Shown here: positions 1 through 9,538 of the stretch, one piece after another
Position numbering within the stretch: position 1 is the stretch's first letter
How the letters are laid out: each line of letters opens with the position of its first letter
NCBI GenBank assembly: GCA_016186795.1
Contig: JACPKY010000002.1
Span: 350,748-414,747 of the forward strand
Direction: 5' to 3'
Source: Candidatus Gottesmanbacteria bacterium
Lineage (GTDB): Bacteria > Patescibacteriota > Microgenomatia > 2-02-FULL-39-11
DNA: 64,000 nucleotides
Notes under the pieces: generated by a model
Told to the model about the DNA's origin: nothing
Databases searched by the model: none
What the model saw: only the letters and a program-made list of their open reading frames with translations
Translations under genes and position numbers: made by a program

Positions 1-160
1 TTAAAATAGGTATTTTTGCTTGTTCCAATACCTCATCAGTAATAAATCTGTCCGAGACGTCGGTACCCGTAACAGAAAACCCCGCTTGCTTCATGTATAT
101 TGCAAGTGGTGCCATACCGACTCCTTTTATTCCGACAAAATAAGCAACTTTTTTTTTCAT
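1..160 (-). CDS. murC: UDP-N-acetylmuramate--L-alanine ligase, 5' part (runs off window start)
   Basis: Not in the ORF track. My translation from the ATG at 160 is MKKKVAYFVGIKGVGMAPLAIYMKQAGFSVTGTD, the MurC N-terminal GIxGxGM motif. It follows pgeF in the dcw cluster. Confidence 0.85.
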   Translation of the reverse strand, partial: MKKKVAYFVGIKGVGMAPLAIYMKQAGFSVTGTDVSDRFITDEVLEQAKIPIL

Positions 161-167
161 ACCGTAC

Positions 168-830
168 TTAGAGACGGAGTCCTATTCTACTTATCATTCT
201 GCCACCTTTTTTGCCTTCTCGTCTGTAAGAAAAATATTCTTGATGACAAGAAGTACAGATTGAAACATCGTCAATACGCTTTGATCTTACTCCCATTGAC
301 AGAAGATTTTGCGTGGCAATTTGTCCTAAATCTAAATACCATTTTCCCTTACGGTAGAAGCTAACTTTTCCTAACCCGTTTTTCGCAAATTTGTCAACAC
401 GCCCCTTGTCTACAGAGTAACAGCATGACTCAATATGAGGCCCAATGGCAATAACCATAGAAGATGTATTGCCACCGTATGTTTGAAACTTTTTTACTGC
501 TTCTTGAATAATGCCTGCATATAAACCTTTCCACCCAGCATGGAGAGCACCGACAATTTGAGCGATTGGATCGTAAAGGAATATGGGTAAACAATCGGCT
601 GTTCTTACTCCTAGATCCAAATGGTCAACGTCAGTTATTATCCCATCATATCCCTTTCCCAGAGAGTCATTTTTCCCTTTTAGAAAAAGCACTTTTTTCC
701 CATGTACCTGCTCAACCATTGAAAGGGGGGGCTTTTTTTGCTTTGACGCAATGGTAAATTGTTGATCAGATCGGTCAGGGAAAATATGAAATACTCCCTT
801 AAACGTTTGCAGAAGTTTTGACTGTATCAT
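168..830 (-). CDS. pgeF: Peptidoglycan editing factor PgeF/YfiH (purine nucleoside phosphorylase/laccase-like)
   Basis: QVHG, TADCLP, HAGWKG, GPHI..CCY, CTSC and FSYRRE motifs; dcw context. Confidence 0.92.
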   Translation of the reverse strand: MIQSKLLQTFKGVFHIFPDRSDQQFTIASKQKKPPLSMVEQVHGKKVLFLKGKNDSLGKGYDGIITDVDHLDLGVRTADCLPIFLYDPIAQIVGALHAGWKGLYAGIIQEAVKKFQTYGGNTSSMVIAIGPHIESCCYSVDKGRVDKFAKNGLGKVSFYRKGKWYLDLGQIATQNLLSMGVRSKRIDDVSICTSCHQEYFSYRREGKKGGRMISRIGLRL

Positions 831-2043
831 ACAACGCCTTTTCTATAGCTTTATGCTCATTCCAAGGATACTCTATTTTGCCATAACACATTGATTTTTC
901 GTGCCCTTTTCCAGTCACTAAAACAGTATCGCCCTTCAAAGCGAGCTTTTTGATAGCAAAATTGATCGCTTCTTGTCTATCGGGTATTTTCCAGTAGTAT
1001 TTTGTGTGACCTTCTTGGTACTTCAAACTTTCCTTCCTTCGATCAGCTTCCTTTACTCGGGCTTCTTTTAGGCCCTTTTCAATTTCAGCATTTATATTTC
1101 TCACGTCTTCAGTTCGCGGATCCTCAGCGGTAAGGATAACAAAATCCGCAAGCCTTCCCGCAATCTCCCCCATTATCGGACGTTTCAATCGGTCGCGAAG
1201 ACCTGCGCAGCCAAAAACGACAATCAATTTTTTCTTCGTAAGTAGCCGAAGTGTTGTAAGTACGGCCTCTAAGGCATTTGGTTTATGAGCAAAATCAATG
1301 TAGACATCAAACTCTTTCCTAGTCGGAATCTTTTCGAGTCTACCAGAAATACCAGGGAATTTACGTATTCCTTTTTCAATTGCCTCTACAGAAATATTTA
1401 AAATTTTAGCAACCGTTGTTGCAGCAAGAATATTGTATGTATTAAAAAGACCAGGAAGGTGAGGGGGCGAATATTTTTGAAATACATCTGATGGATTCAT
1501 TATTCCGAATGTCATGATTTTTGTGTGCAAAGTCTTCCGGAGGGTAGCAGTTGACGAATCATCAGCATTGAGTACTGCATACGATACCCCTTTGAGGATT
1601 TTTTCCTTTGAATGTCTATAGTGAGTGAGTGTTTTATGGTAATCAAGATGTTCATGACTAATATTTGTGATAACTGCAATATCAATTGATGTAGCAAAGG
1701 TTCGAAATTGATCAAGAGCATGAGATGTAACTTCAAGAATAAAAAACTTTGAGCCCCCATCCTTGGCTTTTCTCATAAACCGTTGCAGTGCCCAAGAAGA
1801 CGGTGTTGTTACATGAAACCCAGTGTCGAAGGATTTTCCGTTAATAACAGCTTCCACAGTCGAGATAAGAGAGACTTTTTTTTGATCTTCTTTAAGAATT
1901 TCATAAATGAGATGCGCAGTTGTTGTCTTACCTGATGTTCCGGTAACACCGATAACAGTCATATTTCTTCCAGGGAAAAGGTACCAGAGGGAGGCGCAAA
2001 CCGCATTCAATAAATGATACAAATTCTTGAGCGTGCGGATCAT
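799..2043 (-). CDS. murE: UDP-MurNAc-tripeptide synthetase (MurE family), lacking the usual N-terminal domain
   Basis: GVTGTSGKTTT P-loop, EVTSHALDQ, TNISHEHLDYH, DFAHKPNAL, FGCAGLRD, EDPR and GKGHE motifs. Confidence 0.88.
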   Translation of the reverse strand: MIRTLKNLYHLLNAVCASLWYLFPGRNMTVIGVTGTSGKTTTAHLIYEILKEDQKKVSLISTVEAVINGKSFDTGFHVTTPSSWALQRFMRKAKDGGSKFFILEVTSHALDQFRTFATSIDIAVITNISHEHLDYHKTLTHYRHSKEKILKGVSYAVLNADDSSTATLRKTLHTKIMTFGIMNPSDVFQKYSPPHLPGLFNTYNILAATTVAKILNISVEAIEKGIRKFPGISGRLEKIPTRKEFDVYIDFAHKPNALEAVLTTLRLLTKKKLIVVFGCAGLRDRLKRPIMGEIAGRLADFVILTAEDPRTEDVRNINAEIEKGLKEARVKEADRRKESLKYQEGHTKYYWKIPDRQEAINFAIKKLALKGDTVLVTGKGHEKSMCYGKIEYPWNEHKAIEKALYDTVKTSANV

Positions 2044-2056
2044 AGAATAGAACCGT

Positions 2057-2065
2057 ATTATAGCA
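2057..2065 (-). promoter_or_regulatory. Extended -10 element (TGcTATAAT) 13 nt upstream of the murE ATG
   Basis: Perfect TGnTATAAT in the short ftsI-murE gap. Confidence 0.55.
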
Positions 2066-2072
2066 GAACTTG

Positions 2073-3746
2073 TTATGAGGGAGAAACATTCAGGTAGGAG
2101 AAAATTTCCTTTGCGGTGGCAAAAAAAATGGGAGCTGCTGTTTCAGATCCCCACGGAGATGATGTTGGCTCCTGTATGGTTACCAGCATAGTAAATCGTG
2201 GGCTGTCAACTGGGCCGAAACCAACGAATGAGGCAATTGTTTTATCGCTGTCGTAATGGCCTGCAATTGGAATTTGAGCAGTACCCGTTTTTCCGGCGAT
2301 ACGAAATCCTGGCGGCTTTAGCCGTCTTGCCTCTCCACTATCGACAGCAGATACCATCATTTCTGTCACTATTCGAGCCACCTCTGGTCGAAAGACGGTA
2401 CGATCGACGTGGGGACCAATGGAAATCACTTCGCCTGTATCGAGACGAATTTCTTTTACAACGTATGGCCGCATAAGTTTTCCGCCGTTGGCAATTGCGG
2501 ATACCGCACGGACCATTTGAAGAGGTGTTACGGCAATTCCCTGGCCAAAAGAAGCTGTGGCGTAATCAATCTCATACCACATGCCTTTCGGCCTGAGATT
2601 CGGAGTCGATTCATCCTGCAAATCAATACCTGTAAGACTACCAATTCCCAATTCAGAAAGATACTTCAAAAAAACAGTATCCTCGAGGGTTTTCTGAACC
2701 ATAACCATACCAACGTTTGAGGAATATTGAAGAATTTCCGTTGGTGTTACCTCCCCATGATATTTTTGGTTCCAAGTACGAATCGTGAATCCTCCAATTT
2801 CAATCGGCCCATCTTCTTGAAACTTCATTGTAGACGTTATCTTCCGCTCATTGAATGCCGTCGCCATAACAAGAGTTTTAAATGTTGATCCCGGCTCATA
2901 TGATGCAGAAACTGCAGGGTTTTTATAATACATCTCTGGATAGTCAATAAAATCATTTTGGCCGTATGAAGGGTAGGATGCCATAGCGAGAATTCCACCC
3001 GTAATCGGATCCATCACGATAACGGTACCTCCTTTGGCACCGTAACGGGCAATTCCTGCTTTTAGGTTCTTTTCGACAATAAACTGTATTGTTTTATCAA
3101 GGTAAAGAACTAAACTCCTACCATTTTTTGGCGGTATGTTATTTCGATTCCCAGAAAGTATGGGGTTGCCGGAAGCGTCTACTTCCTCCCGAACTACACC
3201 ATCAACTCCCCGCAACTGTTCATCGTAATATCCTTCAATCCCAAAGTATCCTTGGTCATCACCTTTTGAGTTTTTTCCAACAAATCCAAGTAAATGTGCC
3301 GACATTGAACCTTCTGGGTAAAATCGTTTTGACTCTTCGGTAAAACTTATACCGGAAGCCAAGGATGCTTTAATACGCAATACGTCCTGTTCCTCAACCT
3401 TGTGTTTAATTGGAACCCATACGGAAGAAGACGATATGTGGGAAGAAATTGTCGATTCGGGAATATTAAGTATTTGCGAAAGCGCTGATATAGATTTTGA
3501 AACATCCGTTGACTTTGATGGCTCGATATAAACTCCAAATGCCTCCTGGTTAATAACAAGAGGACTACCGTCAGAGGCGAAAATTTCACCTCGGAGTGCA
3601 GGAATGGGAAGCTTCGTGTTTCGCTGTTTCTCAGCCTGCCCTCCCAATTCATCAGAGGAGAGAACTTGCCAATAGAATAATCGAAAAAGAATAAGGAGGA
3701 AAAAAATGACTATGCTTAAATATACTGCATGAATTCGCCATACCAT
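2073..3746 (-). CDS. ftsI: Class B penicillin-binding protein (FtsI/PBP3-like)
   Basis: N-terminal TM, RGEI, RFYPEG, GIEGYYD, EPGSTFK (SxxK), SSNVG (SxN) and KTGT motifs; start moved to the ATG at 3746. Confidence 0.92.
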   Translation of the reverse strand: MVWRIHAVYLSIVIFFLLILFRLFYWQVLSSDELGGQAEKQRNTKLPIPALRGEIFASDGSPLVINQEAFGVYIEPSKSTDVSKSISALSQILNIPESTISSHISSSSVWVPIKHKVEEQDVLRIKASLASGISFTEESKRFYPEGSMSAHLLGFVGKNSKGDDQGYFGIEGYYDEQLRGVDGVVREEVDASGNPILSGNRNNIPPKNGRSLVLYLDKTIQFIVEKNLKAGIARYGAKGGTVIVMDPITGGILAMASYPSYGQNDFIDYPEMYYKNPAVSASYEPGSTFKTLVMATAFNERKITSTMKFQEDGPIEIGGFTIRTWNQKYHGEVTPTEILQYSSNVGMVMVQKTLEDTVFLKYLSELGIGSLTGIDLQDESTPNLRPKGMWYEIDYATASFGQGIAVTPLQMVRAVSAIANGGKLMRPYVVKEIRLDTGEVISIGPHVDRTVFRPEVARIVTEMMVSAVDSGEARRLKPPGFRIAGKTGTAQIPIAGHYDSDKTIASFVGFGPVDSPRFTMLVTIQEPTSSPWGSETAAPIFFATAKEIFSYLNVSPS

Positions 3747-3747
3747 A

Positions 3748-4041
3748 TTACAATCGTAATTCGTGACCAATGGCAACCGGGAGAGGTGATGATAAAGAAA
3801 GAGGTAGTGCCGTCTTTACTAGTCCATATCCTTGCGCTTTCGCACTTATATTTGCAATAGCTGAGGAGGAGGCAATATGCTGACTCAAGCGAATATTTTC
3901 TGCATCGAGGGTATTTAATTCCTGTTGCAACGTTGTTAATTTTTCTCCGGATGTTGAGTACGTATTCAACATAATAACTTGCGTAACAGCAAGAACAATA
4001 GTCATGATAAATAGAGTCAACTTAATGAACGTTCGAATCAT
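3748..4041 (-). CDS. ftsL: FtsL-like small bitopic coiled-coil division protein
   Basis: TM segment followed by a heptad coiled coil and AQGYGL; lies between rsmH and ftsI. Confidence 0.65.
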   Translation of the reverse strand: MIRTFIKLTLFIMTIVLAVTQVIMLNTYSTSGEKLTTLQQELNTLDAENIRLSQHIASSSAIANISAKAQGYGLVKTALPLSLSSPLPVAIGHELRL

Positions 4042-4949
4042 AATTTCATAGCCATCCGTAATTTAGCGGAATGTGACCTGCGATTTCTGGTAATTTCTTC
4101 CCTTGATGGCAGAATTGGTTTTTGGGTCATATTTCTCACAATGTTATTCATTTCGAACTCTTTTATTGTTGTTTTTACAATCCTGTCTTCGAGAGAATGG
4201 AATGTTACGACACAAAGTTTCCCACCTTTTTCTAAAAGACCAATTGCGTCACTTATAGCTCTTTTTAGAATTACAAGCTCTTCATTCACTTCAATTCGGA
4301 GTGATTGAAAAATCCTTGCAATACTTCTTCTAATTTTTTCTTCACGGACTCTGGGAGGTACCTTTGCATATTGCTTATTTAATACCCCCGTGATAATTCC
4401 CACTAACTGACCCGTTCTCTCAATCTCTCCTTCTAAACGACGGGCGCGAAAAGTAGCCTCAGCAATTGCCCCAGAATAGAGCTCTTCAGAATATTTACTA
4501 AAAATTTCATACAATGCCTCCTTCGAGTACGTATTAAGAATATTCTTTGCAGTTTTTCCTTTTCCTTTATCAAATCGTAGATCTAATGGTTCATCTTTCA
4601 GATATGAAAACCCTCTCTTTGCATATTCCAGCTGATTTGATGAAACCCCCAGGTCGAAAACGATTCCGGAAACGTTGGTAAAGCCGTATTTTTCTGAAAA
4701 ATACCGTATAGCTGAAAAATTTCCATGTACGAAATATCTATCTTTCCCGCTTAACCACTTCTTTGCGTATAAAATTGCATCGGAATCTGCATCAATTCCT
4801 AAAACCATACCTCCACTTTTTACAATTGCCGCAAGATACCCTCCGCCACCGACAGTTGCGTCAATGTACTTTTTCCCTTTTCGTACGGACAATCCTTCCA
4901 GAACTTCACGAAGAAGTACTGGAACATGCACATTTTTCGGTAAAATCAT
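4038..4949 (-). CDS. rsmH: 16S rRNA m4C1402 methyltransferase
   Basis: HVPVLL, DATVGGGG, DLGVSS, RGFS, LDLRFD, RIEVNEE, FHSLEDRIVK and SAKLR motifs; start placed at ATG 4949. Confidence 0.95.
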   Translation of the reverse strand: MILPKNVHVPVLLREVLEGLSVRKGKKYIDATVGGGGYLAAIVKSGGMVLGIDADSDAILYAKKWLSGKDRYFVHGNFSAIRYFSEKYGFTNVSGIVFDLGVSSNQLEYAKRGFSYLKDEPLDLRFDKGKGKTAKNILNTYSKEALYEIFSKYSEELYSGAIAEATFRARRLEGEIERTGQLVGIITGVLNKQYAKVPPRVREEKIRRSIARIFQSLRIEVNEELVILKRAISDAIGLLEKGGKLCVVTFHSLEDRIVKTTIKEFEMNNIVRNMTQKPILPSREEITRNRRSHSAKLRMAMKL

Positions 4950-4962
4950 AGGCAGTATGATT

Positions 4963-5364
4963 TTACGCACCTTTTTCAAGGAACTTTTTGTACTCACTCC
5001 ATACGTTTTTACTCCAGATCTCAAAGTGATCGCCAGCGCCAATAAGTACTACCTCTCCACGTATACTTGCTACTTCCATCATCCGTATAGGAATAATAAA
5101 TCGCCCTTGTGAATCCAACTCGATATTTACTGCTTCGGAACACATTTTCCGCCTTAGATCTCTCCCCTCCTTATCAGAAAAAAGTGGCCGAGCAAGTTCG
5201 GGCCGGGTGACGTTTTCCCATTCCTTCTCTGTAAAGCCAAAAATGCATGAATCAAAGCCAACTGTTAACACCATCCTTCCTCCTCCGAGCTCCTCACGGA
5301 TTTTTTTGGGGAGTGCAACTCTCCCTTTCTCCATTACATTCGGCGCATACGTTCCAAGAAACAT
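4963..5364 (-). CDS. mraZ: Transcriptional regulator MraZ
   Basis: MFLGTY, KGRVALP, DSQGRFIIP and GAGDHFEIW motifs; first gene of the dcw cluster. Confidence 0.95.
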   Translation of the reverse strand: MFLGTYAPNVMEKGRVALPKKIREELGGGRMVLTVGFDSCIFGFTEKEWENVTRPELARPLFSDKEGRDLRRKMCSEAVNIELDSQGRFIIPIRMMEVASIRGEVVLIGAGDHFEIWSKNVWSEYKKFLEKGA

Positions 5365-5366
5365 AG

Positions 5367-5433
5367 TTTTCTACATTTTTCACCATTTTAAACCACTTTA
5401 TTCCATAATGCTACGAAATACCACCTCTGTCAA
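5367..5433 (-). promoter_or_regulatory. dcw promoter with four 10-bp-periodic MraZ-box-like repeats
   Basis: Minus strand: TTGACA (5433-5428), 17 nt, CATTAT, then ATGGAATAAA-GTGGTTTAAA-ATGGTGAAAA-ATGTAGAAAA just before the mraZ ATG. Confidence 0.7.
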
Positions 5434-5467
5434 GAGGAATTCATAGAGAAGAAAAGAAAGAGGATCT

Positions 5468-7006
5468 TTATGAGGAACCGAGGATAATAACAACATCAAA
5501 GCTACTGGTTAATTCTAGTTCTTCAATATCCGGGGCATTAAATTTCTCATAAATATCAGAGACAATCAGCTGTGTATACTCTTCTTTCGATTTCTTGACT
5601 CTGACGATTGTTGAGGAGTAGGTTGTCTTATCGGCATTTCCACGGGCTACATTTTTGTATCCCTTCTCTTCAAGAAACGAAGCGATTTCCTTCGCATATC
5701 CCGTTTTTTCTGTTCCGTTTTCCACGGAAACCTTAATATCTGTGCGTTTGAGGGATGGATTTACTGTTGGAGTAGGCGTATTTGTCGGAACAAGGGTAGG
5801 AGTTGGAGTCGCGGTCGGTTTTGATGCAAACGGAAGTGAAATACCGCTTCCACCGACTCTTCCAAGAAAGAAAATTCCAATAAGTAAAGCCATGATGACA
5901 CCTGCAAGAAATCCGACAGTCTTTTTGGTCAATAACCGTCCAACCGTAGACGTCTGTTTCACCACCATATCGGAACCGCTGACAAAATATGATGTAGACA
6001 TGTCACGCTTCTCTTTTTCTACTTCTGGACTATTTTTATCTTCCTCTTCATTCTCATCTTCGGAAGCTTGCGGAAGTTTCTCCTCTTTCTGGTTTGCGAT
6101 ATCTTTTGCAAAATTGGGCGCTGCTACATTTTGGCTCAAAAGAAGAGTTCCCAACGCATTTGCAAAGTGGACGATTGGAGTATTTCCTTTGTCAACAGTT
6201 ATTCCCAATTTTGGCAGTAAATCCTCCAAAAGACTAGAAAGTAACACAAGTTTGGGTCCCTCGCCCTCAGTTTCTTCTTTCTTCCCTCTCTCGTTTGAAT
6301 ATGACCCACCAACAACAATGTGCGATATTGAATGTCCAGTTTCAGCTGTCAGCTTTGCTGCTAATTCGTAAAGAGACGTTGTCGAAAGTGTACCGTATTT
6401 TTTCTCGTTAATAAGAAGTGGACCATGCTCGTCAAAAAGAGCGTACTGAAAATCTTTCTTTCCAACATCAAGATACAGAAGAGTTTTTCCTCCAATAATC
6501 TCGCTTTTCAAAAGCATGTACATCGCCTGAGATCTGGAGTACAGTAAGGTAAGTTGCAGATCAACTGTTTTTAAAAATTTCTGAAAGTGGGATATTGTAG
6601 CTTTGGACATGGCTGTATAAAAAATTCTTTTCCCCGACTCCGCTTCAATAACTTTGTAGAAGTTCTCAAGCTCTGTGGGTTCGTAGGGAAGAAACTTCTT
6701 TGCTTCAGACAAAACATACTGAGCAATTTTTTCTTTTTCTACCGTTTCTGGCAGGGGAAAAATTTTGGTGAAGACCTGTTTATCGGTAACCACAAATGCT
6801 ACCTCACCATGTGAAATTGGAGAAGGAATGCCTTTTGAAAGTAAATCAGTGAGTATTGTAGCAAGTTTTTTCTCATCATGGATAATTCCATTGGAGATAA
6901 CACCATCGGTTACAGGTCCGGAGATAATTGAATCCATCGAATGCGCTTCAGGACTCCGTGAGTATAGTACGGCAATTGACGTATCTGAAATATCAAGGAA
7001 AAGCAT
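5468..7006 (-). CDS. PilM-like (actin-fold) cytoplasmic domain, acidic linker, TM, Pro/Thr-rich linker and LytR_C domain
   Basis: N-terminal LDISDTSI, LPYEP and LDVG motifs as in PilM; TM; PTATPTPTLVPTNTPTPT; C-terminal VENGT..GYA..L...GY...GNA...DVVIILG as in LytR_C. Confidence 0.7.
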   Translation of the reverse strand: MLFLDISDTSIAVLYSRSPEAHSMDSIISGPVTDGVISNGIIHDEKKLATILTDLLSKGIPSPISHGEVAFVVTDKQVFTKIFPLPETVEKEKIAQYVLSEAKKFLPYEPTELENFYKVIEAESGKRIFYTAMSKATISHFQKFLKTVDLQLTLLYSRSQAMYMLLKSEIIGGKTLLYLDVGKKDFQYALFDEHGPLLINEKKYGTLSTTSLYELAAKLTAETGHSISHIVVGGSYSNERGKKEETEGEGPKLVLLSSLLEDLLPKLGITVDKGNTPIVHFANALGTLLLSQNVAAPNFAKDIANQKEEKLPQASEDENEEEDKNSPEVEKEKRDMSTSYFVSGSDMVVKQTSTVGRLLTKKTVGFLAGVIMALLIGIFFLGRVGGSGISLPFASKPTATPTPTLVPTNTPTPTVNPSLKRTDIKVSVENGTEKTGYAKEIASFLEEKGYKNVARGNADKTTYSSTIVRVKKSKEEYTQLIVSDIYEKFNAPDIEELELTSSFDVVIILGSS

Positions 7007-7051
7007 ACCCTATAAGCATAGCAAAGTTTCAGAAATTTTCAACCGATAAGC

Positions 7052-7702
7052 TTAATATGAGGCCAAATGAGATAGTACACGTCCACGCTCCTGTTTTAGT
7101 TGAAACGATTCTCCATGACCAGGATAAATAGAAGTCTCATCTGGTAACGCAAGAATACGGGTTAACGATTTACGCATATCCTCGGCACTACTATACGAAA
7201 AATCAGTTCTCCCTATTCCTCCACCAGAAAAAAGAAGATCGCCGCAAAAAAGACGCTGTTCATTTTCTACAGAAAGACAAACACTCCCAGGAGTATGTCC
7301 AGGGGTTCCCAGAATATTTATATTGATAGTCCCAAATGGAAAAGATTTTCCAGACAATAAATATGTATCAACACGTGGAGGTGGATCGACAGTAGTTCCA
7401 AGAAAATATCGTGCTGACTCTCGCATATTGTTGACAAGAAATGTATCATCTTTATGCAGTAAAAATGGAATTGAATAGGCAAGCTTCAACTCAGTAACTC
7501 CTAAAATGTGATCGAAATGACCATGTGTTGCAATAATCCCAATTGGTTGACAGTTGAGATCGGAAATTCTCCTAATAATAAAGTCTGCATCATCCCCTGG
7601 ATCAATAATCAGGGAATGATGTGTTTGAGAATTAACGAAAAGGTAACAGTTTGTTGAAAGTGCACCTACCCGTAAGGTGAAGATTTGAAGCGTAGGCTTC
7701 AT
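7052..7702 (-). CDS. MBL-fold metallo-hydrolase (glyoxalase II/GloC-like)
   Basis: TNCY, IDPG, THGHFDH, PGHTPGS, GDLLF, GRTD and PGHG motifs. Confidence 0.9.
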   Translation of the reverse strand: MKPTLQIFTLRVGALSTNCYLFVNSQTHHSLIIDPGDDADFIIRRISDLNCQPIGIIATHGHFDHILGVTELKLAYSIPFLLHKDDTFLVNNMRESARYFLGTTVDPPPRVDTYLLSGKSFPFGTININILGTPGHTPGSVCLSVENEQRLFCGDLLFSGGGIGRTDFSYSSAEDMRKSLTRILALPDETSIYPGHGESFQLKQERGRVLSHLASY

Positions 7703-8154
7703 TGAAGTTGATACGTTTTATGAAAGACGGAAACGCCTGTTGGAGAGTTAAACTTAAGAGATAGATCAATACTGGTAACTCCACTATCGTAGACGCATTT
7801 TCCACTGCTACAAGTTCCTAAAACGATGTCGCTACGAACTATTTCTGTCTCACCGTTTGTTGTAATTTTGCCAAGAACTCCTCGTGGAAGACCGGCTCCT
7901 GTAATATATGTTAATTCATATTCGACTGTTTCGACAGTACTTGGTATTCCAACTATCCGAAGTCTCATGACTCCTGAGGAAACATTTGTCAGCTCAACAG
8001 TGATACTATCTGAAATTGTCGGAAAGGCAACCGTCGGGGTAGGTTCTCCCTCTTTTTTCTCTTGTATGTTTGATGCTCCTTTGAACCAAAGTCCCACAAG
8101 GATAGCGACAATAATAACGCCTACAATTGATGCTCCAAGGATAATTTTTTTCAT
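7699..8154 (-). CDS. Membrane-anchored hypothetical protein with a Cys pair
   Basis: N-terminal TM, EPTPT linker, beta-rich domain with GTCSSGKCVYD; overlaps the start of the next gene. Confidence 0.7.
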   Translation of the reverse strand: MKKIILGASIVGVIIVAILVGLWFKGASNIQEKKEGEPTPTVAFPTISDSITVELTNVSSGVMRLRIVGIPSTVETVEYELTYITGAGLPRGVLGKITTNGETEIVRSDIVLGTCSSGKCVYDSGVTSIDLSLKFNSPTGVSVFHKTYQLQ

Positions 8155-8159
8155 GAGGA

Positions 8160-9524
8160 TTATTTCTCCAACCGATCCTTAATATAGTTTACAATATTTG
8201 GGATTTTTACTCTATCTTGTTTCATGGTATCACGATCACGAATCGTTATAGCATCATCGTCAAGAGTCTGGTGATCGATTGTTGCACAAAAAGGGGTACC
8301 AATTTCATCTTGAGCAAAGTATCGCTTCCCAATATTTCCTCGATCATCCCAAGTGGCAGAAAAAAATGGCTTCAGGTTTTTATAAATAGTATGCGCTTTT
8401 GTCACAATCTCGGCATTATTTGCTACAAGGGGAAAAACTGCCACTTTGTACGGAGCAAGCCTTGGATGTAAACGAAGGACAATACGCTTTTCTTCTTCTA
8501 CAAAACTATCAATCAAGAAAAAGAGAGTAGAACGATCAACCCCTGCTGATGATTCAATATCCCATGGGATGTATTCTTCGTTTCTTTCCAGATCTTTATA
8601 TCGTAAATCCCGGCCACTATACTCTTGATGACGCCTCAGATCCCAATCACCACGATGATGAATTCCCATAAACTCCGACCAACCCCAGGGAGCATTGTAT
8701 TCAATATCGGTTGCCGCCCGTGCATAATGGGCCCGTTCAGAAGGTGCATGGTCTCGAAATCGAAGATTTTCTTTCTTCATGCCCAGTTTTAGATACCACT
8801 CCATCCGGTTATCCTTCCAATATTGAAACCACTTTTCGCCTTCTTTTTCATCAGGTCGAATATAGTACTGTACTTCCATCTGTTCAAATTCTCGTGAGCG
8901 GAATGTAAAGTTTCCGGGAGTTATCTCATTTCTGAATGCCTTCCCGATTTGTGCGATACCAAAGGGAATCTTGATACGAGTTGAGTCAACAACGTTTTTA
9001 AAATTCACGTGGACTCCGTTGGTAATTTCGCCTCGTAGATAGATTTTTTCTTTTGGTTCGGTTACTCCGATTAGAGATTCAACCAAAAGATTAAAAACTC
9101 TCGGTTCTGTCAATTTCTCCAATGCATGAGGTTTTCCATTACTACAGATAAATAAATCTTGATATTCTTTTTTAGGTGCAACGTTTCCCACACCTACTGG
9201 CACACTTTTCAAAAATTCCTTAAAATGATCTTCTCTAAACCTTTTATGGCAAATTTTACATTCAACTAATGGATCTACAAACGCTTCAACGTGACCTGAT
9301 GCTTCCCACGCTCGTGGGTTCATCATGATTGCTGCATCCACTCCAACAATATCATCGCGAAGGCTTACCATATCTTTCCACCATTCGTCTTTTACGTTTT
9401 TTTTCAAAAGGCAACCAACAGGACCATAGTCCCATGTTCCCCCTAATCCCCCATATATTTCGCTACCAGGAAAAATAAATCCCCTTCGTTTACTAAGACT
9501 AACTATTTTTTCAAGTACATCCAT
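8160..9524 (-). CDS. glyQS: Glycine--tRNA ligase, homodimeric (alpha2) type
   Basis: KRRGFIFPGSEIYGG, WEASGH, AQIGKAFRNEITP, FRSREFEQME, GVDR and IGKRY..QDEIGTP motifs. The likely start is ATG 9524; the track's 9554 start lies inside the terminator. Confidence 0.95.
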   Translation of the reverse strand: MDVLEKIVSLSKRRGFIFPGSEIYGGLGGTWDYGPVGCLLKKNVKDEWWKDMVSLRDDIVGVDAAIMMNPRAWEASGHVEAFVDPLVECKICHKRFREDHFKEFLKSVPVGVGNVAPKKEYQDLFICSNGKPHALEKLTEPRVFNLLVESLIGVTEPKEKIYLRGEITNGVHVNFKNVVDSTRIKIPFGIAQIGKAFRNEITPGNFTFRSREFEQMEVQYYIRPDEKEGEKWFQYWKDNRMEWYLKLGMKKENLRFRDHAPSERAHYARAATDIEYNAPWGWSEFMGIHHRGDWDLRRHQEYSGRDLRYKDLERNEEYIPWDIESSAGVDRSTLFFLIDSFVEEEKRIVLRLHPRLAPYKVAVFPLVANNAEIVTKAHTIYKNLKPFFSATWDDRGNIGKRYFAQDEIGTPFCATIDHQTLDDDAITIRDRDTMKQDRVKIPNIVNYIKDRLEK

Positions 9525-9538
9525 AAGAAAATTTCCAC

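Noticed and set aside
149-157. A9 homopolymer at the murC start, and other A/T runs, as possible phase-variation tracts
   Set aside because: Encodes Lys-Lys-Lys in frame; such runs are expected in AT-rich DNA and I found no frameshifted gene
721-745. G7 followed by a T-run, resembling a terminator
   Set aside because: Inside the pgeF coding sequence (KKPPLS) with no convincing stem
5760-5825. Repetitive sequence that could be a tandem repeat or CRISPR
   Set aside because: Degenerate codons of a Pro/Thr protein linker; no identical DNA repeats with spacers
5655-6371. 238-aa plus-strand ORF with VGVGV repeats
   Set aside because: Antisense shadow of the PT-rich PilM/LytR_C gene; no independent motifs
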